DNA from: an archaeon
Lineage (GTDB): Archaea; Nanobdellota; Nanobdellia; SCGC-AAA011-G17; GW2011-AR17
Length of the DNA: 64,000 nucleotides
Direction: 5' to 3'
Assembly (NCBI GenBank): GCA_018656555.1
Contig: JABHZQ010000025.1
Span: forward strand, 21,972 to 85,971
Shown: positions 47,101 to 54,653 of the stretch, piece after piece
Layout of the letters: each line of letters opens with the position of its first letter
Position numbering within the stretch: the stretch's first letter is position 1
Translations under genes and position numbers: made by a program
The notes under the pieces: generated by a model
The model's input: only the letters and a program-made list of their open reading frames with translations
Databases searched by the model: none
What the model was told of the DNA's origin: nothing

Positions 47101-48475
47101 GCAATTAAGTTCTGTTCCTTTAGCAATAGGTTCTCATTCAGATGCATCAGCTAATGATTTTAATGGAACAATTGATGAGGTAAGAATATGGAATGTTACC
47201 CTTTCATCAAATCAGATTAGGGAGTTGTATGAGAATAATTCTTTAATGGTTTCTCAGGAAACTAGCAAAGAAGAGGTTTGGAGATCTTGTATAATGGCTA
47301 ATGATGGTTATGCAGATGGACTAGAGAGTTGTAGTGGTAATTTGACTATTAGAAATTCTATTCCGGGTGTAAGTGTTAATATAACTTCTTATAGTTCTAG
47401 TAATGTTTCAACTTCAGATATTTACTCTAATTGGAGTATGAGTGATTTGGATGGAGAGCAATCTCAAGAGAATGAAACTAAGTGGTATAAGGATGATGTT
47501 TTAGAGAGTGATTTGACAAATTATTCCCTTATTGATGCTGGAAATTTAAGTGCTACAGAAGTTTGGAAGGTTTCAATTAGAGTTTATGATGGGGAAGAGT
47601 GGAGTTCTTGGACTAATGGTTCTATTACTTTGACAGAGACTTCTGCTGGACCCGATCCTACACCTACTTCTGGTGGAGGAGGTGGTGGATCTGGTGGAGG
47701 TATAGGGGTTTTGGATTTTGATTATGGATTAGAGGTAGAACCTGAAAGTCTTTATTATGAGATGACAAAGAATGAAGCAATAACTGATAGTTTAACATTT
47801 ACTAATTTAATGATTTTTGATCAGGATGTAGAATTACAAGTTAGTGGGGTTAGAGAGTTTGTAGATTTAGAGCAAGAAGAATTTACTTTAGAGCAAGAGG
47901 AAGAAAAAGATATTGAAGTGTTTGTTATTTCGGGAGAAGAATTAGGAACATTTACTGGGAACATTGGTGTTCAAGGGAATAATACTCAAATAGATATACC
48001 TGTTATTATTGGAGTAGAATCTTTGAATGTTTTGTTTGATGCTAGTATTGATTTGCCTTTAGGTCTTGATTTAATTTCTCCAGGAGATACATTACCTACA
48101 CAAATTACTATATTTAGTGTTGGATCTCCAAGAAAAGTTGATGTTATTTTGAATTATTATTTGAAAGATATGAATAATAATATAATTTGGGAGAAATCAG
48201 AGACTATAGCTGTAGAAGATCAAGTTTCATTTGAAACTTTATTTGAAATACCTGATAATTTAAGGGCTGGATCTTATGTTTTGGCTTTAGATGTTGTCTA
48301 TAGTACTTCAGTTGCAACCTCTTCAACTATGTTTACTGTGATGGATGAAGGGGGGGCTTTGATTTCATTTGAGAAGAATCAAGCAGTGTTATTGTTTATG
48401 ATTGTTTTGATGGTTGTTTTGATAGCTGGTGTGTTGGTATTACATTATGCTTTTTTGACTAGGTGGAATAGATAA
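41093..48475 (+). CDS. Giant surface protein: four LamG/concanavalin-A modules, right-handed beta-helix (NosD/CASH-like), Ig-like stalk, C-terminal TM
   Basis: N-terminal signal; four PILNS..NLTTENLT..DxDGD..NWY + LamG (WHHIAV, FNGSIDEVxIFN) units; DADGDG..DCDDSDP motif; Asn-ladder beta-helix ending GGNYFSNYTGYDHDNDGIGD; many NxS/T sequons; C-terminal hydrophobic segment. Confidence 0.9.
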   Translation: MSKRDSLRTIVVMILAIVSLCFLSYTGMYFVEPDLVYFDLNESWDLNGSFVRVSLNDEVYDYDIYVLIDQVFVDLSDVEFNSTGEGYVDLIVNEEVVDSMSFYVLDNLVNETKDIIAEPTNETILDNPVEEILGGQEEVIETMDETNPPSHTAPILNSTGSNLTTNNLTVFNQSTDDLDGDPVKNIYNWYRNGVSLAVLNMPMEGEVSNMTNVRDYSGNGNNGTNISAIWNRFGGYDGYGAFEFDGIDDWINVGYDDTLNITEDLSISYWIKNSTNNNAATTDWVITRGDSWNNFNWGIVKSTGVLGKFQFRITPYCNGTGASAGNFYIQDDNWHHVAVAYESSDGTYNVWVDGVVNLTADTSLETLCSTTNDLYIGGGITSRYFNGSLDDVMIFNRTLTPQQVAALYLNQSNRIVSKETTVGETWNATVTPNDGFIDGETLWTGILEIVSNNAPTHTTPILNSSLGTNLTTENLTVYNQSTADADGDRVKNIYNWYAENVSLTLLNMPFEGHSSNLTHVKDYSPYGNNGTNYSAEWSSTSGYDGYGSFEFEESDYINMGDNVDIGTSTDMSISTWIKTSTRNQEILAKSAGSTPLYRLQVTTGGAILGRVNDGSNNVASTGTTNVSDGAWHHIVWTLDREDEQVIYVDGVEEDRDDISAVGDLDNSGILAIGRFGSSATSYFNGSIDEVIIFNASLSGDQVLALYQNRTDLIHSSMTEKDIEWNVTITPNDGFVDGETLSVGYLRILNSPVIHDDPLLNSTLGTNLTSENLTVYIVDPTDPDDDSYNNIVNWYRNGAPFNILNIPLEGEESNLTSAKDYSGYNNNGSIILDGAGVGLTWNRTGGYDGGGSYEFDGIDDYIAINDQDMFDFEDENFTISLWMKSDADASISTAMRIIGKGRVGSDIGYDVYYQPSNDRIGFGDVSGSVYVSSLSVNDGNWHHIAVRYMQGNYYEIYYDGVNQTISGSGTLNGFDATSAPLTIGTRIYGTPVHLYNGSVDEVRIFNYTLTPEEILFLAKYSTSLISSYGTSNGEVWNATLTPNDGYADGDTKWSNSLEILGGCVDADGDGWNASGAGCGVADCDDSDPITRPLVDGEVPVNGTLNNLTTSIIMCNNTYNFDIYGAPTVARAIQTQAANLLIDCNGSYLLGNATARGMAIAPSHDNITIRNCVIDNFTAAFRGTDFNFGDDVFIDNIVVGTTVNQTIAGNNADRWTVFNSTLAGNKKGDVGIDMYSTTVINFTHNIVNMRMRITSTNSVVRSNNFNYPVDIYGTGTVAAYNNFSDDVGMYGTGNNTYEFSNFSSGDLALYPSGSLYFRNNTVRPNVSSFQMNGDGFEIEDNVFETPNVARNAYFGLQPWGNPVMANYLVKDNWINSTGTLETFRHVFSVATGNITFVNNTIYTPLNNSIRLSNITGFVNISYNNFVRGGRGVDLGNVYDGGEIKIYANNFTNITNTSITLYDFTDFNISNNYFYKNGFAIYLDNVSNGDIAYNNFTNTWFNGVEGVGTAITGRNVTYSRFTKNYFYTSEDGDIQIGNSSYNNLTYNTIQDTSGGDNILFSGKGIFNIFSHNYFGGGGSPALTLYGDDNTVYNNTIYDQSLGIYIIGNSANVSSNNISLITSGESTAAITFLVSNMGSISRNNISHTDRGIYFSTADNMTLFDNYIYNMTFEGIHLLNGNNHTIFNNNITLASNFAIVMNSSEGNVIYNNYFNAVVPTWDNNTNYWNTTEQTGPNIFGGTDMGGNYFSNYTGYDHDNDGIGDNFDYGITAGAMLDYLPLINTWGNTVPTQSAPVLNSTFGTNYTTENLTTYSQGVSDLDGDLIKKITNWYLNGTSLLVLNMPFEGEISNQTNVKDYSSYGSNGTNYSAMWNRTGGYDGYGAFEFDGDNDYLIIPSSENLNLTDAISVEARFLIKTPCENYARILSKEINDVSNIDDSFLLGFDISCNDIAFQVFNESQEASTALTSGDILSSDTWYHVVGTYEMDVGTKVYVNGNLSTSAEGFGSMQLSSVPLAIGSHSDASANDFNGTIDEVRIWNVTLSSNQIRELYENNSLMVSQETSKEEVWRSCIMANDGYADGLESCSGNLTIRNSIPGVSVNITSYSSSNVSTSDIYSNWSMSDLDGEQSQENETKWYKDDVLESDLTNYSLIDAGNLSATEVWKVSIRVYDGEEWSSWTNGSITLTETSAGPDPTPTSGGGGGGSGGGIGVLDFDYGLEVEPESLYYEMTKNEAITDSLTFTNLMIFDQDVELQVSGVREFVDLEQEEFTLEQEEEKDIEVFVISGEELGTFTGNIGVQGNNTQIDIPVIIGVESLNVLFDASIDLPLGLDLISPGDTLPTQITIFSVGSPRKVDVILNYYLKDMNNNIIWEKSETIAVEDQVSFETLFEIPDNLRAGSYVLALDVVYSTSVATSSTMFTVMDEGGALISFEKNQAVLLFMIVLMVVLIAGVLVLHYAFLTRWNR

Positions 48476-48528
48476 AAAGGTTTATATATTTAATTACATA
48501 ATAAAAGAATGAAAAAGGGTGAAAGGTA

Positions 48529-50769
48529 TTGAAAGGCAAATTTAGTAATAGAAGTTTACTTCCTTTTGTATTGATTATTGTAGTGCTAATAGTTTTATTA
48601 TTTTTTTCATTATTCTTATCTCAAAGCTCTATTTTATCTAGAGAGGTAGGGTTTTCTCAGAGTGAATTGAATGTTAATGAAGTTTTAGTTAAGGTTATGT
48701 TAAAACAAGGAGATTTTTTTGAAAGATCAATTCAAATAACTAATGATGGAGGTTCTGCTGAATCTGTATCTGTTTCGATAAGTGGTTTAGAGGATTTACT
48801 TTATTTGGATGAAAATAGTTTTACAATAGAACAAGGACAGGTTAAAACTTTAGATTTGAATTTTGTTTCTGTTTTGGAAGGATCTTATTTTGATCCAGGA
48901 GTTTACATTGGGGGTTTAAATTTCCAATATGGGGAAGAAGAGGTGAGCTTACCTATTATTGTTGAAATTGAGTCTTCTGAAACTTTGTTTGATATGAATC
49001 TAGATTTTTCAGTAAATGATAGATATGTGGTTTTGGGTGGAACAGCTTTAGCAGATATAACTGTTTACAATTTTGCAGAACTAGATTTAGCTACTGTTGA
49101 TATGGTTTATGTTGTATCGGATGCCAATGGTAATAGGCTGTTAACTGAAGAGGAGAATTTAGTTGTTGAAACTCAAGCTTCTGTTTCTAAGTCTATTTTT
49201 GTTCCTGATAATTTTGCAGAAGGAAAATATATCTTTTATTCTACTGTAAGTTATGGTGATTCTGTTGGGACTGCGAGTTATATTTTTGATGTTGCTTCTG
49301 GTGAACCAGATAGTAAGTTAAATTTAGGTTCAATTTGTGCTCCAGAAGATCCTTTATGTTGGATTTCTTTGGTTATTTTAATAATTTTGATATTTTTTAT
49401 TGGGGCATATGCTTATTTTTATCTTGGTTCCTTTTTGTATAAAAAAGTAAGTTTGGATGAGAAAAAGATTACTGATAAAAAGGTTAGAAAACAAGGTCCA
49501 ATTTTATATTTTTTTGTATTGCTTGTAATTATTATATTGGTGATTGTTATGTTTTATTTGTCTAATTTTATGAGTATTCAGTCTTTGGTTGGTTCATTTT
49601 CTAATATGCCTGTGGGTGTTTTGTGGGCAATTCTTATTTTGCTTGCACTAATGGTTGTTTTAGTAATTTTGAATACAGTTTTTGGTTTACTTAATAGTTT
49701 GAGTAATTATTTTTCTAAGTCGGGTGGGAAAGAGGAAGAAAGAAGAAAATCTGAGCTTGTTAAGGAAATTATTGAAAGAAGAAGAAAGGTGGAATTGAGA
49801 ACTTCTGAAGAGAGTTTAAGAAAGCAAGAGGTGCCAGAGAAGAAAGAGGGATCATTTTTTACTCCAATTAAGCTTTATTTTGCAGATAGGAGAAAAGAGA
49901 AAGAGAAAAGAAGAAAAGCTGCTGAGAGGAAGAGAGCATTGATGAGAAGAGAGGAAGAGATGAGAAAGCAAGAGCAGGAAAGGATGAGGTTGGCTGCTGA
50001 GAGGAAGAGAGTTTTAGAGATTAAGAGAAGAGAAGCTGCTGAGAGGAGAAGAAAGGAAGAGGCTGCTAAAAAGAAAAAGGTGGGTGTATTTGCTTCTATT
50101 TCTGGTTATTTTGCAAGAAGGAAGAAGGAGAAGGAAAGGAAGAGGAATTTAGAATTAAAGAATAAAAAGGAAGAGCATAGTAAAAAGAGTAAAGAGGAAT
50201 TAAGGAAGGATAGGGAGATTCAATTAAGTTTACAAAAGGAGTGGGATGTTAATGAGGGGAGAAGAAAGGTAGAAGAACGAAAGGTTAGAGCGGCTGAAAT
50301 AGAGTTAGAAAAGGCAGAAAGAAATAAACAGATGCAGATTGAAAGAGAGATACAAGAAGTGAGACTTAAGAAAAAAGAGGATAAAAGAAGGAAGAAAGAA
50401 AAGAAAAAATTAGAAAGGGTTAGGAAGAAGAGAAGAAAAGGACCTTTATTTGGATTTGGTGGGAAAAAGAAGGCAAGAGAAGAGGTAAAAGAAGTTAAAA
50501 AGAAAGCTGAAAAGACAATTGATGTTAAATCTGTGGATCCAAGAGAGAAAATTGTACAGTTAATGAAAAATTGTTCCTTAAATATTAAGCGTAGAAATTA
50601 CTTGATGGCAGAGAGCAATTATGAACAAATAAAACCTATGTATGCTAAATTGAATTCTGATGAGCAGAGGTATTATTATCCAAATTTAGTTAGATTACAA
50701 AACCAGATGGTTATGTTAAAGATGGAGTTAGTTAGAGAGAAATTACAGAAAAGAAGATTTAGGGTCTAA
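48529..50769 (+). CDS. Four-TM membrane protein with extracellular double Ig-like module and long K/R/E-rich cytoplasmic tail
   Basis: TTG start with SD-like GGGTGA 6 nt upstream; TM1, ~210-aa beta-rich module, three more TMs, highly charged helix, C-terminal helical domain. Confidence 0.8.
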   Translation: MKGKFSNRSLLPFVLIIVVLIVLLFFSLFLSQSSILSREVGFSQSELNVNEVLVKVMLKQGDFFERSIQITNDGGSAESVSVSISGLEDLLYLDENSFTIEQGQVKTLDLNFVSVLEGSYFDPGVYIGGLNFQYGEEEVSLPIIVEIESSETLFDMNLDFSVNDRYVVLGGTALADITVYNFAELDLATVDMVYVVSDANGNRLLTEEENLVVETQASVSKSIFVPDNFAEGKYIFYSTVSYGDSVGTASYIFDVASGEPDSKLNLGSICAPEDPLCWISLVILIILIFFIGAYAYFYLGSFLYKKVSLDEKKITDKKVRKQGPILYFFVLLVIIILVIVMFYLSNFMSIQSLVGSFSNMPVGVLWAILILLALMVVLVILNTVFGLLNSLSNYFSKSGGKEEERRKSELVKEIIERRRKVELRTSEESLRKQEVPEKKEGSFFTPIKLYFADRRKEKEKRRKAAERKRALMRREEEMRKQEQERMRLAAERKRVLEIKRREAAERRRKEEAAKKKKVGVFASISGYFARRKKEKERKRNLELKNKKEEHSKKSKEELRKDREIQLSLQKEWDVNEGRRKVEERKVRAAEIELEKAERNKQMQIEREIQEVRLKKKEDKRRKKEKKKLERVRKKRRKGPLFGFGGKKKAREEVKEVKKKAEKTIDVKSVDPREKIVQLMKNCSLNIKRRNYLMAESNYEQIKPMYAKLNSDEQRYYYPNLVRLQNQMVMLKMELVREKLQKRRFRV

Positions 50770-51061
50770 AGACTTCTAATTTACCTAATTTTCCAGAAGT
50801 TATTTGTAGAATTCCTTGAAATTCTGATGAATATCCATTGGTTATTTTTATTTTATCTCCAATTTTTACTCTGTCTACATCCTCATTCCAAAGAGTTACA
50901 CATATTTTACCCGTATCATCAAAACCTAGAGCAGTTATAACTCTTCCAGAGGTTCCAAATTTGCTAAAACTTCTTTCATCTCCAAAATCTTTTATTGTTA
51001 ACTCTACATCTATTTTTCTTTGTTTGGGTTTTATGTCTTTTACTTTCATTTGTTTAGCCAA
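50759..51061 (-). CDS. Single OB-fold ssDNA-binding protein (SSB/RPA-like)
   Basis: DDTGKICVTLWNE, GDKIKITNGY..EFQG..QIT.GK.G pattern of archaeal single-OB SSBs. Confidence 0.85.
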   Translation of the reverse strand: MAKQMKVKDIKPKQRKIDVELTIKDFGDERSFSKFGTSGRVITALGFDDTGKICVTLWNEDVDRVKIGDKIKITNGYSSEFQGILQITSGKLGKLEVFRP

Positions 51062-52203
51062 GAAATTTCATCTTCACCCAAATTTAGTTCTGATATCATT
51101 TCTGGATTATTGAGTATGTTTTTAAGATATGGAAAGGTATCTTGAAGTGCTCTTTTCCTAGAACAGTGAGTTGCATCTGCAAGTTTTTCAGAGATTGTTA
51201 ATTTTTTGCCATTTCTCATTTTTGCTTGCCAGAGTTTTAATATTCTTGTTGTTCTTGTATATTTTATAGATGAATTTTTATTTTGTTTTTTGGCGTTTGC
51301 TATTCCAGCTGAGAGATGTGAATGGATGTATACAAGAAATCTCCAATATTGCCATCTTCTTATTCTTCCCCTAAACACATCTGCTTTTGATAATAAGGGA
51401 TAGGCTTTTTTTAATTCATCTGAATCATATTCTTTTGGTAGGTTTTCATCTACCCAGAGAAAAATTTCATCTGTATTTAGTGTTGTTTTGCTAAAGATGT
51501 TGTTTGTTACTTTGATATCTTTTTCTTGTAATACTTTTTGTAGACAGAAGGTTATTTCTTCTGTTTTATCTCTTTCACCATTATCTTCTAAGATTAATTT
51601 GTTGTTGATTATATTTGTTTGTAGATCATTAATTGCTGCTCTTATATCTCCTTTTGATTTTTCTGCTATTATTTGAATATCTGCTGGATCAAATTCTACT
51701 TTTTCTTGTGATGCAATGTATTGTAATTTTGCCATTATTTTATTTTTAGGCAGGTTAGCGAATTCAATTAATTGTGTTTTTTTCCTTAATGTGGAGAGTT
51801 TATCAATCCATGGATTTGTACAAGTGAATATTACAGGATAAGGACTTTTGGAAATTAAAGAGACTAGGGCAGGTAAGCATCCTCTGTCTTTTGTTCCAGA
51901 TATTGCATCTATATCATCTATTAGAACTATTTTACCTTGGTGGAATAGGCTTTGTTGATTTATTGCATTCCCAATTATTTGGGTTATCGCATCTTTGTTT
52001 CTGGTTTGTGATGAATTTATTTCTATTACTTCATAATTGAGTTCTTTGGCTAAAGTGTAGATGATTGTTGTTTTTCCAGTTCCAGTTGAACCATAGAGAA
52101 GTAGGGGTCTTTTGAGATTTGTTTTTATTTGGTTGATAGCTATCTCTTGTCCTATAACCTCTTTACTTGATTGAGGTTTGTATTTTTCAGTCCAGGGTAA
52201 CAT
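51046..52203 (-). CDS. rfcL: Replication factor C large subunit
   Basis: WTEKYKP, YGSTGTGKTT, IEINSS, LIDDID, GDIRAAINDLQ, ADVFRGRIRRWQYWRF. Confidence 0.93.
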   Translation of the reverse strand: MLPWTEKYKPQSSKEVIGQEIAINQIKTNLKRPLLLYGSTGTGKTTIIYTLAKELNYEVIEINSSQTRNKDAITQIIGNAINQQSLFHQGKIVLIDDIDAISGTKDRGCLPALVSLISKSPYPVIFTCTNPWIDKLSTLRKKTQLIEFANLPKNKIMAKLQYIASQEKVEFDPADIQIIAEKSKGDIRAAINDLQTNIINNKLILEDNGERDKTEEITFCLQKVLQEKDIKVTNNIFSKTTLNTDEIFLWVDENLPKEYDSDELKKAYPLLSKADVFRGRIRRWQYWRFLVYIHSHLSAGIANAKKQNKNSSIKYTRTTRILKLWQAKMRNGKKLTISEKLADATHCSRKRALQDTFPYLKNILNNPEMISELNLGEDEISWLNK

Positions 52204-53383
52204 TTTTTATTTTTATTGGATGACCTAATTTTTTTAGGTTTTTCTCAATTATAATTACAGCCTCTTTAATATTCTCTTTTTTAGTGTTATCAAGTTCTCC
52301 TGTTGTCTTAATTATTTTAAGTTCTATTTCTTTTAGTTCCTTTGTTACTTCTTCTAATTTTTCTTCAAATTTATTTTCTTTCATAGTTTTTTGGTTACTT
52401 GATAAATTTTCACTTAATTCCTTGGTTTTTTCCTTGTATACATCACTATATTCTATTAGGGCTGTTATTTGTTTATTTGTTTTTTCTGGATTTTTAAGAA
52501 TTATTTCTTTACTATCTATATTTTCTTTTAGTTGTTTTAGAATTTGTTTTAATTTTTCTGGATTTTTAGCTATGAATTTTTGATCTTTTAAAGACTCAAG
52601 TGTTTTTTGATCATCTTTTAATAGTTTTCTTAGGCTGTGCTCTAAAGGAGTATATTTGCTTAGAAGTTCTGAGTTTAGATTAGTGATGTTTTCTAGTATT
52701 TCTTTATTCTTGTATTTTAATAATTCATATTTTTTAAACTCTGGGCTAGTTCTCAATGTTTCTATTTTTTGGTTTATTGATTTTTCTTTTTGATCTAATG
52801 TTTCTTTTTCTTTGTTTAATTTATGGTGCTTTTCATCTACTTCTTTATTTTTTATAACATTATCATTTATTTCTTTTATTTTTAGATGAATTTCTTCTAT
52901 TTCCTTAAGATTATGTTTTTCTAGGGTTTCTGATATTTTTTTTACAGAACTGTCAAGGTGTTGTAGGGCTTTTCTTATTTCTTCTAATTCTTGCCCAACT
53001 AGGGTTTTTATGATATGATAATTTCTTATTGTTCTTTTGTTTAAGTTTTTTAGTTTATCATCAAATTCTTTAGTGTAATTAGTTAATGATTCATAATCTA
53101 GTTTTTTTGGTTCATCTATTTTATTTAAGAATGATTTTAGTGCAGTGATATATGTTTTTTTATTGGTTTTTACTGCGTTTTCTATTCTTTTGGCATTGTC
53201 TTTTGTTTTTGCTTTACTTAATTGGGACATTGCTTCTTCTAATGAGAATTTTGCGAGCTTGAATTCATTTAGTTCTTTATCGAGGGAGAATTCTATATTA
53301 TTAACCAGCCAAGAACTTAATTCGTTAAATGATATATCTTTTATTTCCTCTTTTTTTTGAAATAGTTTTTTTAGGAAGTTCAT
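52187..53383 (-). CDS. Coiled-coil hypothetical protein between rfcS and rfcL
   Basis: 398-aa K/E/L-rich heptad protein overlapping both neighbours. Confidence 0.75.
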   Translation of the reverse strand: MNFLKKLFQKKEEIKDISFNELSSWLVNNIEFSLDKELNEFKLAKFSLEEAMSQLSKAKTKDNAKRIENAVKTNKKTYITALKSFLNKIDEPKKLDYESLTNYTKEFDDKLKNLNKRTIRNYHIIKTLVGQELEEIRKALQHLDSSVKKISETLEKHNLKEIEEIHLKIKEINDNVIKNKEVDEKHHKLNKEKETLDQKEKSINQKIETLRTSPEFKKYELLKYKNKEILENITNLNSELLSKYTPLEHSLRKLLKDDQKTLESLKDQKFIAKNPEKLKQILKQLKENIDSKEIILKNPEKTNKQITALIEYSDVYKEKTKELSENLSSNQKTMKENKFEEKLEEVTKELKEIELKIIKTTGELDNTKKENIKEAVIIIEKNLKKLGHPIKIKNVTLD

Positions 53384-54324
53384 TTTGCGAAATTTGCTAA
53401 TAGTGCTTCTAGTTGTATAAATTCATCAGAGCCTTCAACCATTCTAAATTCTATTTCTCCACATTTGTCAATTAGGTCTAATTTTCTAGTGTCATCTAAT
53501 TCTTCAATTTTTAGTATTTCTTGTTGTATTTGTTTTACTGTATCAAGGCCTGAAAGACCATGATTTAACATTGTTTGGAGTAATTTATTTCTGGCATCGA
53601 TGAATTTCTTATTAATAGCTAAGGATAAGACTTCTTTTATTTCTTTCGGTTGGGCTGCTGAAACTAGTGAATAGATGATTTCATTGTTTATTTCTTTGGT
53701 AATTGAAGCAGAGCTTTGTAAGATATTGGTAATTCTTCTTACATCTCCTCCAGTAATTGTTACAAGTTCTTTGATTGCGTTTTCAGCTATCTCTAGGCCT
53801 TCTCCTTTTGCAATATTTTCAACATAATCTTTTACTTCTTCTTCATTTAATGGTTTGAATCTGAATACGGTACATCTACTTTGGATTGGATCTATTATTT
53901 TAGATGAAAAGTTACAAGAAAGGATGAATCGTGTGCCCAGAACAAAGTTTTCCATTGTTCTTCTTAATGCTTGTTGTGCTTCTTTTGTTAATGAATCACA
54001 TTCATCTAGGAAAATTATTTTAAAAGGGACATCGCCCATTCCTTTTGTTTTTGCAAAATCTTTAATTGTGTTTCTTACAACATCAATACCTCTTTCATCA
54101 GATGCATTTAATTCTAAGAAGTTTTGTTTCCATGATTCTTTGAATAGTTGTCTAGCTACAATTAATGCTAATGTTGATTTTCCTACACCCGCTGGACCAG
54201 AGAATAATAGGTGGGGCATGTTTTTTTGATCAACAAAAGCTTTGACTCTTTCAACTATTTGTTTTTGACCTTTTATATCCTCAAAAGAGTGAGGACGATA
54301 CTTTTCAGTCCATATTGATGACAT
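53380..54324 (-). CDS. rfcS: Replication factor C small subunit
   Basis: WTEKYRP, FSGPAGVGKS, LELNASDERGIDVVR, LDECD, ALRRTME, IQSRC. Confidence 0.97.
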   Translation of the reverse strand: MSSIWTEKYRPHSFEDIKGQKQIVERVKAFVDQKNMPHLLFSGPAGVGKSTLALIVARQLFKESWKQNFLELNASDERGIDVVRNTIKDFAKTKGMGDVPFKIIFLDECDSLTKEAQQALRRTMENFVLGTRFILSCNFSSKIIDPIQSRCTVFRFKPLNEEEVKDYVENIAKGEGLEIAENAIKELVTITGGDVRRITNILQSSASITKEINNEIIYSLVSAAQPKEIKEVLSLAINKKFIDARNKLLQTMLNHGLSGLDTVKQIQQEILKIEELDDTRKLDLIDKCGEIEFRMVEGSDEFIQLEALLANFAK

Positions 54325-54372
54325 AGAATTATAAATAAGAAAGAGGTTTATAAGTTTTTATGTAATTATGAT

Positions 54373-54579
54373 TTACTCTTCGCTAGCTTCTTCTACAACC
54401 TCTCCGAAAGCCATTTTTTTGAGAACTCTGGTGATTTTTACTTTAACTGTCTCACCTTCTTTAACCCCTGGAACAATAATCACAAAATTATCCATTTTTG
54501 CAATTCCATCACCTTTAGCTCCGGTACTTTCTATTGTTAGGTCAACTATATCTCCTTCTTGAATTGATTGGTTATCCAT
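54373..54579 (-). CDS. Single TRAM-domain RNA-binding protein
   Basis: GDIVDLTIESTGAKGDGIAKMDNFVIIVPG..GETVKVKITRV..AFGEVV. Confidence 0.9.
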   Translation of the reverse strand: MDNQSIQEGDIVDLTIESTGAKGDGIAKMDNFVIIVPGVKEGETVKVKITRVLKKMAFGEVVEEASEE

Positions 54580-54653
54580 TTTTTTAATTCCTCATATATA
54601 GATTAATTGAATATTTTTAAGAACTTTAAACTTTATAAAATTAATTAAAAAAA

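Noticed and set aside
48509-48532. ATG-initiated 7-codon ORF (MKKGERY) overlapping the TTG start of the 746-aa gene; possible frameshift or uORF
   Set aside because: The TTG has a well-spaced GGGTGA SD and the protein already has a complete N-terminal TM, so no frameshift is needed; too short to support a claim.
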